Part shown: positions 36,181 to 48,363 of the stretch, piece after piece
Numbering within the stretch: position 1 is the first letter of the stretch
Layout: the number at the start of each line of letters is the position of its first letter
Assembly (NCBI RefSeq): GCF_006345805.1
Contig: NC_043010.1
Location: 52,018,001-52,082,000, forward strand
From: Octopus sinensis
Lineage: Eukaryota
Length of the DNA stretch: 64,000 nt
Direction of reading: 5' to 3'
Notes under the pieces: model-generated
Told to the model about the DNA's origin: nothing
The model's database searches: none
Seen by the model: the letters and a program-made list of their open reading frames with translations, nothing else
Position numbers and translations under genes: made by a program

Positions 36181-36358
36181 AATATATATATGGAGGCACC
36201 AAAATGCTTTAAGTGTTTAGGCCTTTATAGATCTTAATTTGGCTCTGCTGCCAGCTCACCATCTTGGTAAGCTTCATAATTATGCTGTACAATATGTATG
36301 TACTACTTTGATTTCCCATTCATTATATAAATATAAATTGCTATTGTTTTGGTTGTAG

Positions 36359-36495
36359 ATTTTTAGTTCAGCCTCTATAGAAGCAAGAGGCCAACCAAAG
36401 ATGACTGCAGCTAAATGGAATCCGCATCACAAATGCTCTCAGGTTGCCACAGCCAATGATACCACAATTCGGGGATGGGACTTACGATCAATGAA
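36359..36495 (+). CDS. EIPR1: EIPR1 exon 6 (...[26 protein letters not shown])
   Basis: TTGTAG acceptor, GTTAGT donor, WD40 motif. Confidence 0.93.
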
Positions 36496-37081
36496 GTTAG
36501 TAACAAATTCTTTTTGCTTTGTGTATACTTCTATCAGAAGTCTTATTCTGAATGTTTGTAGTTTCTATATATTCTGTTTTTTTATAGGATCATTTTATGA
36601 ATGTATGGGGAAGGCATGAGATGGCTTTTTTGGCAAGCTATTTTGGTGCTAACTTTTTGGTGTCAGTGATTCGATGCTGACTTATTTGACATCAGACATT
36701 TTAATGTTTGTGTCACTCTCCCTTTTTTCTGTCTTCCTTTTCTCTCTTTTTTCTCTCTCCTTTCTCTTCCTCTCTTTGTTTATTTGTGTGATCTTCTATT
36801 TATGTTTGTATGTATTCATACTGTTTCTCTTATTCTTCCTCTCGTTCTCTACTTGTGTAAGTGAGCATCTAGCTATGTTTGTATATATGTGTCAAGTCTC
36901 TGTCTCTCCCCCACTCTACCTTTCCTCATATCTCACTCTCTCCATCTGTATATCTATATTTCTGCACATGTATGACTCTAATGCCAAAACAGATTCAGTA
37001 TCCAGTTAGCCACGTCAGTGTCCAAACAGCTGCTCACAATCATTCATTCTGGTATGGAAAAGCCTCTATGAGGCCATACAA

Positions 37082-37325
37082 TCATCATCATCATTGTTCG
37101 ACCGTGGTCAAGACAATGGAATTTACCATGCTACGCCAGACTTCACGGTCCATCATAGCATTACGGAGGTCCTGTTGCTGGATGCCTGAATCCCTGGAGA
37201 TTACATCAGGGTAGGAGAGTGTGCGCCCTCTGGTATTGCGAGTAGATGGCTTCCAGAGGAGAAGAGTAGAAATTACTTCTTTTTCAGCTCCACAACAATG
37301 TCCAGCAAACTGGACTCTCCTACCT
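37082..37325 (-). mobile_element. RTE/RTE-X LINE 3' end with (TGA)n tail
   Basis: RRVQFAGHC...LLLWKP...GRTLSYPDVISRDSG...AMMDREVWR. Confidence 0.7.
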
Positions 37326-38036
37326 AGAAATAATAGCTAAATCTCTCTGAAATCACACCCTACAACTCTAAAAACTAAAGTTCATGTTAGATAATTATTC
37401 GTAGTTACATTTTTATCTGAAAAAAATGTCAGAATTAACATGGCTAAGATGTGTTTGATTCTAGCATCTGTTTGATCAGGAGCCAAGACTAACTAGAAAT
37501 ATCTTCTTAGAATTCTGGTACAATTCCTAAGGTTCCTGAATTTCTATAATTCTATCACCATGTTTATTGAACCGAATATTTTTTTAACTTTTTAGTCACA
37601 AATAGAAGGGCATATGCTTATGTTTGTACTCGACATAACTTAGCAGTTCAGCAAAAGTGATTGATAGAATAAATACCAGGCTTTAAAAATAAGTACTGGA
37701 CTCAGTTTGTTTGGCTAAACTCTTCAAGATACTGCCCCAGCATGGCACAGTCCAGTGACTGAAACAAGTAAAAGAAAAGATAAAAGAGAAGCCTGTTGTA
37801 TCTTTATCATTTATGCTTGTTTCAGTCACTAGACTGTGGCCATGCTGGGGCAATACCTTGAAGAGGTTAGTCAAACGAATGAACCCCAGTATTTTTTTTT
37901 TTCAGTCTGGTGCTTATTTTGTTGATCTCTTGCTGAACTGTTAAGTTACAGGGACATAAACCAAACAACACCAGTTATCAAGTGGTGGTTGTGGATAAAC
38001 ACAAAACACAAACAAACACACACATATACTTGTATA

Positions 38037-38693
38037 CCTTAAATCCTCGAGTATAGTCCGCCCTTGAGTATATTACGCAGGGGATTTTTAGGGGGCTGTA
38101 CCTCTGAAAAACCTAAACCTCATGTATAATACGCACCCCTTCTCTAACTCGAGTCAAGGTCTATATAACGTCCTTGGTTTGTAAAAATGTATATGGTAAC
38201 GTCCTTTATTATTATTGTATCATCATCATCATCATCATCGTTTAACGTCCGTTCTCCATGCTAGCATGGGTTGGACGGTTCGACGGGGGATCTGGGAAGC
38301 CAGAAGGCTGCACCAGGCTCCAGTCTTATCTGGCAATGTTTTTACAGCTGGATGCCCTTCCTAACGCCAACCACTCCGTGAGTGTATATATAATATAATG
38401 CAAACGTGTAGCTTTCTTGTGCATTTTGTTTGCAGAAAATAAAGAAATAACAGTAATGTTTAATAAATGTTGCTTACTGCAAGTTATGAATGATTCTTTT
38501 ATGACTTCATTGTTTTCAGGCTTACCTTAAGGTATTTTCGCACCCGACATCACAACATGCGTCTGAATAAACATTGCCGGACAGCAAATAGAGACTTGGA
38601 CATTGCTTAGAAAATAATTTTCATTTTTAGCCTCGTGTATAATACACTCTAGGGATTTTGAAAAAAATGCGGATTATACTCGAGGATTTACGG
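38037..38693. mobile_element. Tc2/pogo-type MITE with a nested SINE fragment (38220-38385)
   Basis: TIRs CCTTAAATCCTCGAGTATAGTCCGC / GCGGATTATACTCGAGGATTTACGG. Confidence 0.8.
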
Positions 38694-38755
38694 TGCATTT
38701 GAATGTGGAAATGACTTCTCTGTATGTCCTGTTATTTGGTTGTCTTATTTTCCAG

Positions 38756-38923
38756 ACAAGTGTATGTTATTGAAAATGCTCATGGTCAGCTAGTCCGAGA
38801 CTTGGATTTCAACCCTAATAAGCAGTACTGTTTTGTCAGTTGTGGAGATGACTGCAAGGTCAAGTTCTGGGATGTTCGAAACTCTAATAGTCCACTGAAG
38901 ATTCTAACTGACCATTCTCATTG
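38756..38923 (+). CDS. EIPR1: EIPR1 exon 7 ([20 protein letters not shown]...[10 protein letters not shown]...HSHW)
   Basis: TTCCAG acceptor, GTAAGC donor, highly conserved WD40 repeat. Confidence 0.95.
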
Positions 38924-39516
38924 GTAAGCAGCTGTCTCTTGAACGTTTCTACCATTTTGTACCTTATTGTCAATCATAAACTTTTTTCATTTAAACAAAC
39001 AACAAAGATTCTTCCAAAAAAGATAGAAAAAATATTCTTCATTCCATCCATCCATCTTTTCTTGGAGGTCATGGGGGTGGGGGTCCTCAGGCCTCCTCCT
39101 CCATAGGGTCCTGTTAAAAGCAAACATCATTACACTTTGTGACTGGATTCCTAAGCATGACCAACTGAGATTATGGATATTATTCAGCTGTCCCATTTTC
39201 GGGCCACTTCAAGGTCTCCTGCCAGTTGGCTTACTTGAAGAATCCATCTTGCAATTCATTCCTGTCACATGTCTGTAGTACCAGAGTTGTGACCTCTCAA
39301 TGCAGAGAAGCAGCTGCTCAACCTAGAGAGACTCCTTGATCTCCAAGCTACATACCCTCTCTAGTAACAATCCAGGACAAATCAAGACTAGACTATGTAC
39401 AATGTAAAGAGGATCAATCAGTCATTAGACTGTGGCCATGCTGGGGCACCGCCATGAAAACTTGTTTTCATTGAATGAATCAACCCCGGTACTTTGTTCA
39501 GCCTGAGGTTATAGTA

Positions 39517-40077
39517 TTGGGTTGTCCGGAAAGTTCATGCTGATTTATAGTAGCTTACCTTTCAACTTATTTTAGAATATGGTTGAGTCCATAAAATAGG
39601 ATTTGACTACACCTCCATTTAGAGCACAGTTTAAGCTATCTTTTCATCGTAAAAGGTTTATGTTCCTATAACCTGTGTTAATTCTGTAACCCTTTAAAAT
39701 GGAAGATAAGAAAGTTCATTTTCGGCACTTGATACTTTGGGAACCAGACAAAAATTTCTGCAGCTTGGCTGGGATGCCCCACCCTCCATATTCACCAGAC
39801 ATTGTTCCTTCGGATTTCCACTTATTCAGGTCTCTGCAGAATAGTCTTAATGGTAAAAATTTCAATTCCTTGAATGATGTAAAAAGATACCTTGATGAAT
39901 TCTTTGTTATAAAACCACCTCAAATCTGGGAAGAGGGTATTTTCAAGGTAAAGGAAAGATGGAGACGCATTGTGCAACAAAATGGTTCATATTTGGTTGA
40001 TTAAAAACGTAATGGCAAGTATTTATTGACCTTTCTCTTTCCTTTAAAAATCGGCACAAACTTTTCGGAAAACCCAA
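39517..40077 (+). mobile_element. Internally deleted mariner element with TIRs and TA TSD
   Basis: TA|TTGGGTTGTCCGGAAAGTT ... AACTTTTCGGAAAACCCAA|TA; N-terminal MEDKKVHFRH fused to HPPYSPDIVPSDFHLF. Confidence 0.88.
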
Positions 40078-40438
40078 TATAAGACACTTGTCCAAGGCGC
40101 CACATAGTGGGGCTGAACTCAGAACCATGAAGTTTGGAAGCAAGCTCTTACCACTTAGCCATGCCTGTGCCTATAAAGCCACACATCATCATCATCGTTT
40201 AACGTCCGTTCTCCATGCTAGCATGGGTTGGACGGTTCAACTGGGATCTGTGAAGCCAGAAGGCTGCACCAGGCTCCAGTCTTATCTGGCAATGTTTCTA
40301 CAGCTGGATGCCCTTCCTAATGCCAACCACTCCGTGAGTGTAGTGGGTGCTTTTTACGTGCCACCTGCACTGTGCATATAATTCACATCTCTACTTTTTG
40401 TCTTTTTTTATAATTTTTTTTCTTTCTCTCTGTAATAG

Positions 40439-40597
40439 GGTGTGGTCGGTACGTTACAACCATTTCCATGACCAGTTAGTCCTCTCTTCTAGTAGCGACA
40501 GCAGAGTCATCCTGAACAACATTGTGTCCCTTTCCTCCGAACCTTTCGGTTATTTGGTCGAAAGTGAGGACAACAGTGACAACGAAGGCAAAGAAGT
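40439..40597 (+). CDS. EIPR1: EIPR1 exon 8 ([25 protein letters not shown]...SSEPFG)
   Basis: AATAG acceptor, GTAAGT donor at 40598, conserved motif. Confidence 0.94.
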
Positions 40598-40689
40598 GTA
40601 AGTATTCAATTCCTTCTTATTTTGTTCCTCTTCTAGGGAAAAGAGAAAGGAAGGAAGGAAGGAAGGAAGAAAGTACGTGTATATGTATT

Positions 40690-41040
40690 GGTGTGGTAAG
40701 TAGCTTGCTTACGAACCACATGGTTCCGGGTTCGGTCCCACTGCGTGGCACCTTGGGCAAGTGCCTTCTGCTATAGCCTCGGGCCAACCAAAGCCTTGTG
40801 AGTAGATTTGGCAGACGGAAACTGAAAGAAGCTCACCGTATATATGTATGTGTGTGTGTCTGTGTTTGTGCCCCCAACATCGTTTGACAACCGATGCTGG
40901 TGTGTTTATGTCCCCATAACTTAGTGGTTCGGCAAAAGAGACCAATAGAATAAGTCCTGGGGTCGATTTGCTCGACTAAAGGCAGTGCTCCATCATGGCT
41001 GCAGTCAAAATCACTGAAACAAGTAAAAAGGTAAAGAGTA
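40690..41040 (+). mobile_element. SINE family A
   Basis: Homology to 7030-7416. Confidence 0.8.
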
Positions 41041-41439
41041 TATGTTTATATGTGTCAGTGTGTGTGTGTATTTAATTTTATGTAGTTTGTGATAAAGCAA
41101 ACTGATGGTACTTGAGTTGATTTTGCTTTTCATTCTTCCGAGATGGATGTCAATAAAATATGTACAAGTATACGGACTAGCTGACCATAGGCGTAGGAGT
41201 GGCTGTGTGGTCCCGGGGTCAATTTGCTCGACTAAAGGTGGTACTCCAGCATGGCCACAGCCATTTATGCGTGATTTCAATGTCACATTTGTTGAAAGCA
41301 TGCAAAATAAACTGGAGAAGAGAAAACCCACGAAAAAAACTCCATTGCTGGGAAACTCAGACTTTCCAAGTGACCCAGCAGGTCATGGGTAGTTTAGTAT
41401 ATATATATATATATATGTATATTCTTTCCTTTATTCTTG

Positions 41440-41805
41440 TATTTGTTTCAGTCATTTTGACTGTAGCCATGCTGGAGCACCACGTTTTAGTCAAAGAAAT
41501 TGACCCCTGGACTTATTCTTTGTAAGCCTGGTACTTATTCTATCGGTCTCTTTCACCGAACTGCTAAATTACAGGGGTGTAAACACACCAACATCAGTTG
41601 TCAAGCAATGGAGGAGGGACAAACATAGACACAAACACACGACAGACTTCTTTCAGTTTCCATCTACCAAATTCACTCACAAGGCTTCAGTTGACTTGAA
41701 GCTATAAGTAGAAGACGCTTGCCCATGGTGCCATCCAGTGGAACTGAACCTGGAACCATGTAGTTTGGAAGCAAGCTTCTTACCATATAGCCATGCCTGC
41801 ACCTA
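41440..41805 (-). mobile_element. SINE family A
   Basis: Homology to 7030-7416. Confidence 0.8.
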
Positions 41806-42042
41806 TATATATAATTTTAATTTTAATGCTGAGGATACTTTAGTTCAGTAATATATCTTTCAAGTGATTTTTTTTTTTGGTGGGGGTTCTTTTTAATTCT
41901 TTATTCTTATTTTTTAAGCCTGAGAAAGGTAATTAGGGGTGGGTACTATATTAAATTTTGCACCTCCATAAAAAATTGGGGGGGTGCATTTTCACCCCCT
42001 GTACCCAGGCCCTTGTTTTATTTTCATATTCTTGTTCTGTAG

Positions 42043-42217
42043 GACACGAGAGAAAGTAAATGATGGAGTGATTGCTACCTACGAAGAACATGAAGACAGC
42101 GTCTATCGAGTGGACTGGTCCACTGCTGACCCTTGGGTGTTTGCATCATTGAGCTATGATGGACGTCTTGTTATCAACAGAGTACCAAGGACAGAAAAAT
42201 ACAAGATCCTCTTATGA
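42043..42217 (+). CDS. EIPR1: EIPR1 exon 9, last (YEEHEDSVY...[27 protein letters not shown])
   Basis: CTGTAG acceptor, conserved C-terminus and stop; the nine exons total 1146 nt = 381 aa + stop. Confidence 0.95.
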
Positions 42218-42351
42218 TGGTGATAAATATTCCAAAGGACCTTAAAGATGGACATGAATACATTCCATGTTACTAAAAAAAATTATAATATTAATAATAT
42301 ACATAAAATATAAAAACAGAAAACAATTTGCATAGTTTTTTTTTTTTGTTC

Positions 42352-42357
42352 AATAAA
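42352..42357 (+). terminator. Putative EIPR1 poly(A) signal AATAAA
   Basis: AATAAA about 135 nt after the stop codon. Confidence 0.45.
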
Positions 42358-42789
42358 TGATAAATATATATCATGGTTATGTATTGAGTTTGAACCTCCC
42401 CAAAAAAGGTGTCAGTATCATCATCACTGTCACCACCACCACCTTTACTATTACATCACTATCTCCATCTTTGTTCACATTCCCGCTTTGAAGCTAATTT
42501 TGGCCTTCACTGTTTCAGGATCAGTAATATTTTAGTTTCAAATTTTGGCACAAGGCCAGCAATTTTGGAGGAGGGATTTAGTTGATTACCCCCCCATTCA
42601 ACTGGTACTTGTTTTATCAAACCTGAAAGAATGAAAAATAAAGTCAACCTTAGTGGAATTTGAACTCAGAATGCAAAGACATGAAATGCCACCAAGCATT
42701 TTACCCAGCATGCTAATGATTCTACCAGTTCACTGCCTTGTCAGGGTCAATAATATAAGTACTGGTCAATTACTGAGGCCAATATATAT

Positions 42790-43050
42790 AGCCTCGGGCC
42801 AACCAAAGCCTTGTCAGTGGATTTGGTAGATGGAAACTGAAAGAAGCCCGTTGTATATATATGTTTGTGTCTCTATTTGTCCTCCCAACATCGCTGGTGT
42901 CTTTACATTCCTGTAACTTAGCAGTTTGGCAAAAGAGATTGATAGAATAAGTACTAGGCTTACAAAGAATAAGTCCTGGGCTTGATTTGCTCGACTAAAG
43001 GCAGTGCTCCAGCATGGCCACACTCAAATGACTGAAACAAGTAAAAGAGT
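42790..43050 (+). mobile_element. SINE family A, 5'-truncated
   Basis: Homology to 7030-7416. Confidence 0.75.
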
Positions 43051-43077
43051 AAAGTTTTTTAATCTAAAATGTACTCC

Positions 43078-44062
43078 CCTTCATTTTTCTATAATGCTCT
43101 TCCATCTATCTGGTAGACTTTCAAGTCCCCTCTTCCAAAATTCACTTGTCTCTGATGAAAAATACTCCTCCAGTACTATTCTGACCTCATCTACAAAATT
43201 CATATTTTTTCCAATCCATTGTTTTTGAAAGCTGCAGAATAAATAATAATCAGATGGGACAATGTCCAGCGAATATGGTGGGTAGGGTTTCGTTTCCCAT
43301 TCAAACTGCTCCAGCCTTTGGAATGTCATCCCCGCTGTATGTGGCTGAGCATTATTCTGATGGAAGAACGCCTTTTGTCTTGAAACCAAAGATGGTTGTT
43401 TTCCTTCTAGCACTGACTTAAGCTGCTCACAGCAGATCTCCATTATCATTTGGTTTGGATTTAAAAGTTCTAAGTAAACTAATCCTTTCATATCCCACCA
43501 AACAGATAACACCTTGCATGGGTGAAGACCTTTTTCCTGGGGTACTGGTGTTTCTTCTTTCCCAACCTATTGTCTTTGGTGCTCGACATTTTTATAGAGA
43601 ACCAATTTCTTGTCACTAGTTACTATTCAGTCCCCCAAAAAAGGTTCATTCGTGAGATGTAACAGCAAAGAAGCGCACACATTCACTCTCTGTGCACGAT
43701 TAGACTGGCAAAGTTTCAGGAACCTATTGATCCAATTTGCTAACTTTTCCGAGGGCACACAAGTGTCGATGAATGGTTGAATGACCAAATCAAACCTTCT
43801 CTGCTAGTTCCTCAACAGTTACAATGGGATTTTGTTGTTTCACCAGGGTTTGCAACACATCCTCATTGAGCTCTACAGATCTTCCAGGACAAGGCTCGTC
43901 TTCTAGGCTGTAGTTTCTGGAACTACTGTTGACACTGGCTTACACTAATTGTCCAATCCCCATATACTGCATTAATATTCCTCACACTTTTCATTGTGTT
44001 GTTGCCTTTATTGAACTCATAAAGCAAAATATGTTCCTTTGCCACTTCCATTATAGCTTTAA
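43078..44062 (-). pseudogene. Mariner transposase fossil
   Basis: VWWDMKG, HQNNAQPH, PPYSLDIVPSDYYLF; frameshifted N-terminal half. Confidence 0.85.
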
Positions 44063-44559
44063 TATTGAGCAAATGAAGGAGCATGGCTCAGTGGTTAGAG
44101 CATTAGGCTCAGTTGTGAGATCAGGAGTTTGATGTCTCAGACCAGGCTGTGTTGTGTTGTTTTTTTTTATATTTTATTAGCAAGCCTCCCTTTGCAAATA
44201 CCTGAAGGGCACAGAAAGTGTGTCTAAAGCCAGCTGGAGACGTTGATCTCCTGGGGCTAAAAAGCTACAGTAACACCCCCACTTTGTGGTTAGCCATATT
44301 GAGATGGCTTTTATACATTACATATTTAACTATCCTCAAAGCCATATCACAAAGTATTTTCTCAAATTATGAAAATATAACTTTAGTGGTGCATGACAAT
44401 TGTGTGAAGTTTTGCAATGAACCACTGGTGGTACCTGTGGCAGTTGACGTTAATCAACTAACCTTTGCCTCTAACTTAGCTTTGTTAGAAACAATTGTTA
44501 TTGCTGTGGGATTACGTATTTACAGAGCTCCAGTTTAGAGTGTGTTTTTTCATGAAGTA

Positions 44560-44900
44560 AAAAGGGTAAAGACTCCCTTCAGTCATGAATGACCATGTGA
44601 TTGCACCTAGATGGTTACCCTCCAAAACACAAGTCCGAGCAAGGTTGTTTATGGAAGACCAGCAGTTGCTCATGCATACCAGCTTCCTGTTTCCATGCTA
44701 CTGATGTTATCCAAAGGAAAGACAAGGGCCAGTACACTTGGAACCAGTGATGTCGCAACTAATTTCTGCAGCTGAGTGAACTGTAGCAACATGAAATAAA
44801 AGTAATTTGCTCAAGAACACAACATACAGCCCATTCTGGGAATCAAACTCACTACCTCATGATTGTAAATCCAATGCTCTAACCACTGAGCCATGTGCTT
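44560..44900 (-). mobile_element. SINE family C
   Basis: Homology to 3044-3367. Confidence 0.75.
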
Positions 44901-45223
44901 CTCATGGAGTACATAGCTTCTTATTCTGTTTTGGTCATAGGACCACAGCTATGCATCTGCTGTAGCCCTGGACCAATCAAAATCTTGAGTGGATTTGAAA
45001 GAAGCCCATTGTATATGTGTGTGTGCATGTCCCCACTCACACCACCACCACCACTTGATAACCAGTGTTGGTGTGTTTGCATCCCTGTAACTTAGTAGTT
45101 CGGCAAAAGAAACCAATAGAATAAGTACCGGGTTTTATAGCAAATAAGCACTGGGGTCAATTCATACGAGTAAGATCTCAGTAATCAATATAGCTCACAT
45201 GGAGATTGTTGTGTCAATCAAGT

Positions 45224-45452
45224 AAAACCCTTCAAGGTGGTGCTCCAGCATGGCCTCATTAAAATGACAAACAATTACAGATAATGTAATCGGAAACAAA
45301 ATACAGGATTGACACAGATGAAACATATCAGATTTTAGATCTGTTAAATTAGAGGCCGGCCAGTAATTAAGAACTTGTTAATAACACAGGAGTCTTTTTC
45401 CAGCAATGTAACTTGCACCCACACAATGTATCTATCTACCTATGCACACCAA
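45224..45452 (+). repeat. Near-identical duplicate of 47579-47807
   Basis: SINE 3' end plus about 170 bp of flank shared almost base for base. Confidence 0.85.
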
Positions 45453-45665
45453 AATGGAGGCAAAGCAAAGGGAGAGGAGTGGCTGTAAATATACCGCCTG
45501 CACTGACCCATAATCCTCATCCTTGTAACATATGTGGGCTTCTTTGCAAATCGTTGTCAGGAATCAAATGTTACATTCGAGAAAGGCATTATGACTGACA
45601 AAGAAAGTGTAGGTTGTTGGATCTTATGTCAAAACCAATTGGAGAGTCCATCACACTATATATAA
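45453..45665 (+). mobile_element. RTE-clade LINE extreme 3' end with C-terminal zinc finger
   Basis: HPCNICGLLCKSLSGIKCYIRERH followed by stop, short UTR and (TA)n. Confidence 0.55.
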
Positions 45666-45763
45666 TGTACTGTTCCGTGATAGAAAGATCAACAAAAAAA
45701 AAGTACCCCATATGGTTAGAGATAAATATTATTTATTTAAAGGACACAAATACAAGTCTGTAA

Positions 45764-45818
45764 GTGCTACCAATAGTTTCATATGTTGAACAATATCTCA
45801 AAGATATTCATCAGGCAC
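45764..45818 (-). ncRNA. Type I hammerhead ribozyme (probably derived from a Penelope-like element)
   Basis: - strand reads GTGC-CTGATGA-ATAT..ATAT-GAAA-C TATTG G-TA-GCAC: complete core, stems I-III, GUA triplet, AATAAA downstream. Confidence 0.72.
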
Positions 45819-47224
45819 GAACCACATATCGTAACAAACTAAAATAAAACTGAATAAGAAACACAAAAAAAGCATATGAAACTATTAACAGCACTTAAAG
45901 ACATATGTTGTGTCCTTTATATATATATTTTTATTTATGCACCCTTTTCAAGCCTAGCCAGGCTCATGGCATATGTGTTCCCCCCAGCTGTATGGGACGC
46001 CAGTCCATCGCATCGTTACTCAAGAAACAGGAAGAGAGAGCAAGAGAAAGTTGGGGTGAAAGAGTACAACAGGGGTCGCCACCATCCTCTGCCAGAGCCT
46101 TGTGGAGCTTTAAGTGTTTCCACTCAATAAACACACACAATGCCTGGTTTGGGAATCGAAACCCCCGAGTCCGCTGCCCTAACCACTGGGCCATTGCGCC
46201 TCCACAATATATACATACATATATATATATATGTATGTATGTATGTATATTAGGTTTTTGTACAGTTTCTACTTACTAAATTCACTCACAAGTTATTGGA
46301 AAGCCCGGGACTAAAGCATAAAATACTTGCCCAAAGTATTGCACAGTGGGTTGGAACCTGAAATTATTTAGTTAGGAATCAAACTTCTTAAACCACAAAG
46401 CTATGTAAAGTATTTTTGTTGTTCTTTTGACATATCATAACCAGCAACACTCCCTGCTCTTTAACTTCAGAAATATTTCATTTTGAAACACATTTCAAAA
46501 GCTTATTATTGTATAAACTGGATGGCCTTGAGACACCACTGTGTGGTTGTGCTAAAATGAAAACAAAGCTGTGCCTGGTACAGTAGTTACAAAGTTGATG
46601 ACCTTAACAACTACTAGACACACATTTCAGTGGTAGTAACAGAATATACAAGTTGTTCAATTATTTGTGAGAAAAACACTCAAAGATTGAAAGGAGAATC
46701 TATATCAGTGATGGGCAAACTGCGGTCTGAAAGATTTTCTGAATGACATGCCTAATGAAAAAAGTTACCTCGATGAGCCATGTTCCATACAGCTTGTTTC
46801 TCAAAAAAGATTGTGCATGCTTGATCTACAGGGTCATTCAACATGCTAAAAACACCAGCCAAATCTCCTTCAAATCACATTCTACAATCTTAAAAGAATA
46901 CACCATATCTTAAAAAAAAAAAGGAAAAAAAAAGGGGGGGGCTGGATGGTTGCAGCTGGAAAACCATCAATCAGATTTACCTGATTAAGGCTGATCTGAG
47001 GCTAAACAAGGAACCTCAACATCAGACATGGCTTATCATCAGGTGGGTTACACTAATAAAAGCTTTCAAGGTAATTTTTCACTTTGGTATACCATTCAGA
47101 AAATCCCACAAGCTGCAGGATACTTATGACTGCTATTTCTAACTAACTGAGCAATCAGAGAGAGAGAGCAGTCAAAACACACTGGAACCTACTGCCTTAA
47201 CATCAAAAAATAAAAAAGAAAACC

Positions 47225-47385
47225 AGGAGTGGCTTTGTGGTAAGAAGCTTGCTTCCCGTTCACATGATTCCGAGTTCAGTCTCGCTGTGTGGCACCTAAG
47301 GCAAGCATTTTCTACTATAGCCTCGGGCCAACCAAAGCCTTGTGAGTGGATTTGGTAGACGAAACTGAAAAAAGCCCATCATATG

Positions 47386-47425
<40 letters not shown>

Positions 47426-47630
47426 CATGTGTGTCTGTCTTTATATGTTTGTACCCCCATCAGCACTTGACAACTGGTGTTAGTGTGTTTACATTACCAT
47501 AACTTAGTTTTTACAAAAAAGACTGATAGAATAAGTACTAGGCTTAAAAAAAAGTCCTGGGGGTTGATTTATTCAACTAAAACCCTTCAAGGTGGTGCTC
47601 CAGCATGGCCACAGTCAAATGGCAAACAAA
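47225..47630 (+). mobile_element. SINE family A
   Basis: Homology to 7030-7416. Confidence 0.8.
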
Positions 47631-47891
47631 TAAAGATAATGTAATCGGAAACAAAATACAGGATTGTCACAGATGAAACATATCAGAATTTAGATCTGTT
47701 AAATTGGAGGCCGGCCAGGAATTAAGAACTTGTTAATAATACAGGAGTCTTTTTCCAGCAATGTAACTTGCATCCACACAATGTATCTATCTACCTATGC
47801 ACACCAACATGGATTAATATAAAATTTAACAATCCCCATAAATTTGGAATTTGTGTATTTTTTTTTTATAATGTTTTACAAATAAGATTTC

Positions 47892-47914
47892 TTTATTCAA
47901 ATATTAATTTTATT
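47892..47914 (-). terminator. Candidate PCMTD1 poly(A) signals (two AATAAA on the - strand)
   Basis: TTTATT at 47892 and 47909 on +, at the end of a long AT-rich, microsatellite-rich stretch resembling a 3' UTR. Confidence 0.3.
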
Positions 47915-48328
47915 GGAAGGATTAAAAGAAAAGAAAAAAAATAGAAGAAACAAATGTAAAGTTTTCATTTAAAAAAAAAAAATTTGGTAACGCTTTTTTT
48001 TTTTTCCTTTTCCTTTTAAATGTAAATCGTTCTACTCTTTTTTAATTAATTAATTAATAGAAAAACAAATGTATTTTACAAATATAAACAATTAAAAAGA
48101 ATAATAAAAAGAAAAAAAAAATCAACAACTAAACCATTGAACCATTTCTATTCAGAATAAAAAAACAAAACAAAACAAATGAACAAGCAAGCATCCATCA
48201 AACATTCAAACTCACTCTTATTCATTATAAGCATATATAAATTGTTATACATTTACAAGTGTGTTCTCATCAAATTAACACTGCACAAAGCAGAATGAAT
48301 TAAGTTTGCTGTCAATAAGAGGAAAAAG

Positions 48329-48363
48329 ATCTGATAGTTTCAAGCAGAGACTTTCATCAGAGA
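48329..48363 (-). ncRNA. Minimal or degenerate hammerhead motif
   Basis: TCT-CTGATGA-AAGT CTCT GCTT-GAAA-CTA-TC-AGA. Confidence 0.4.
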
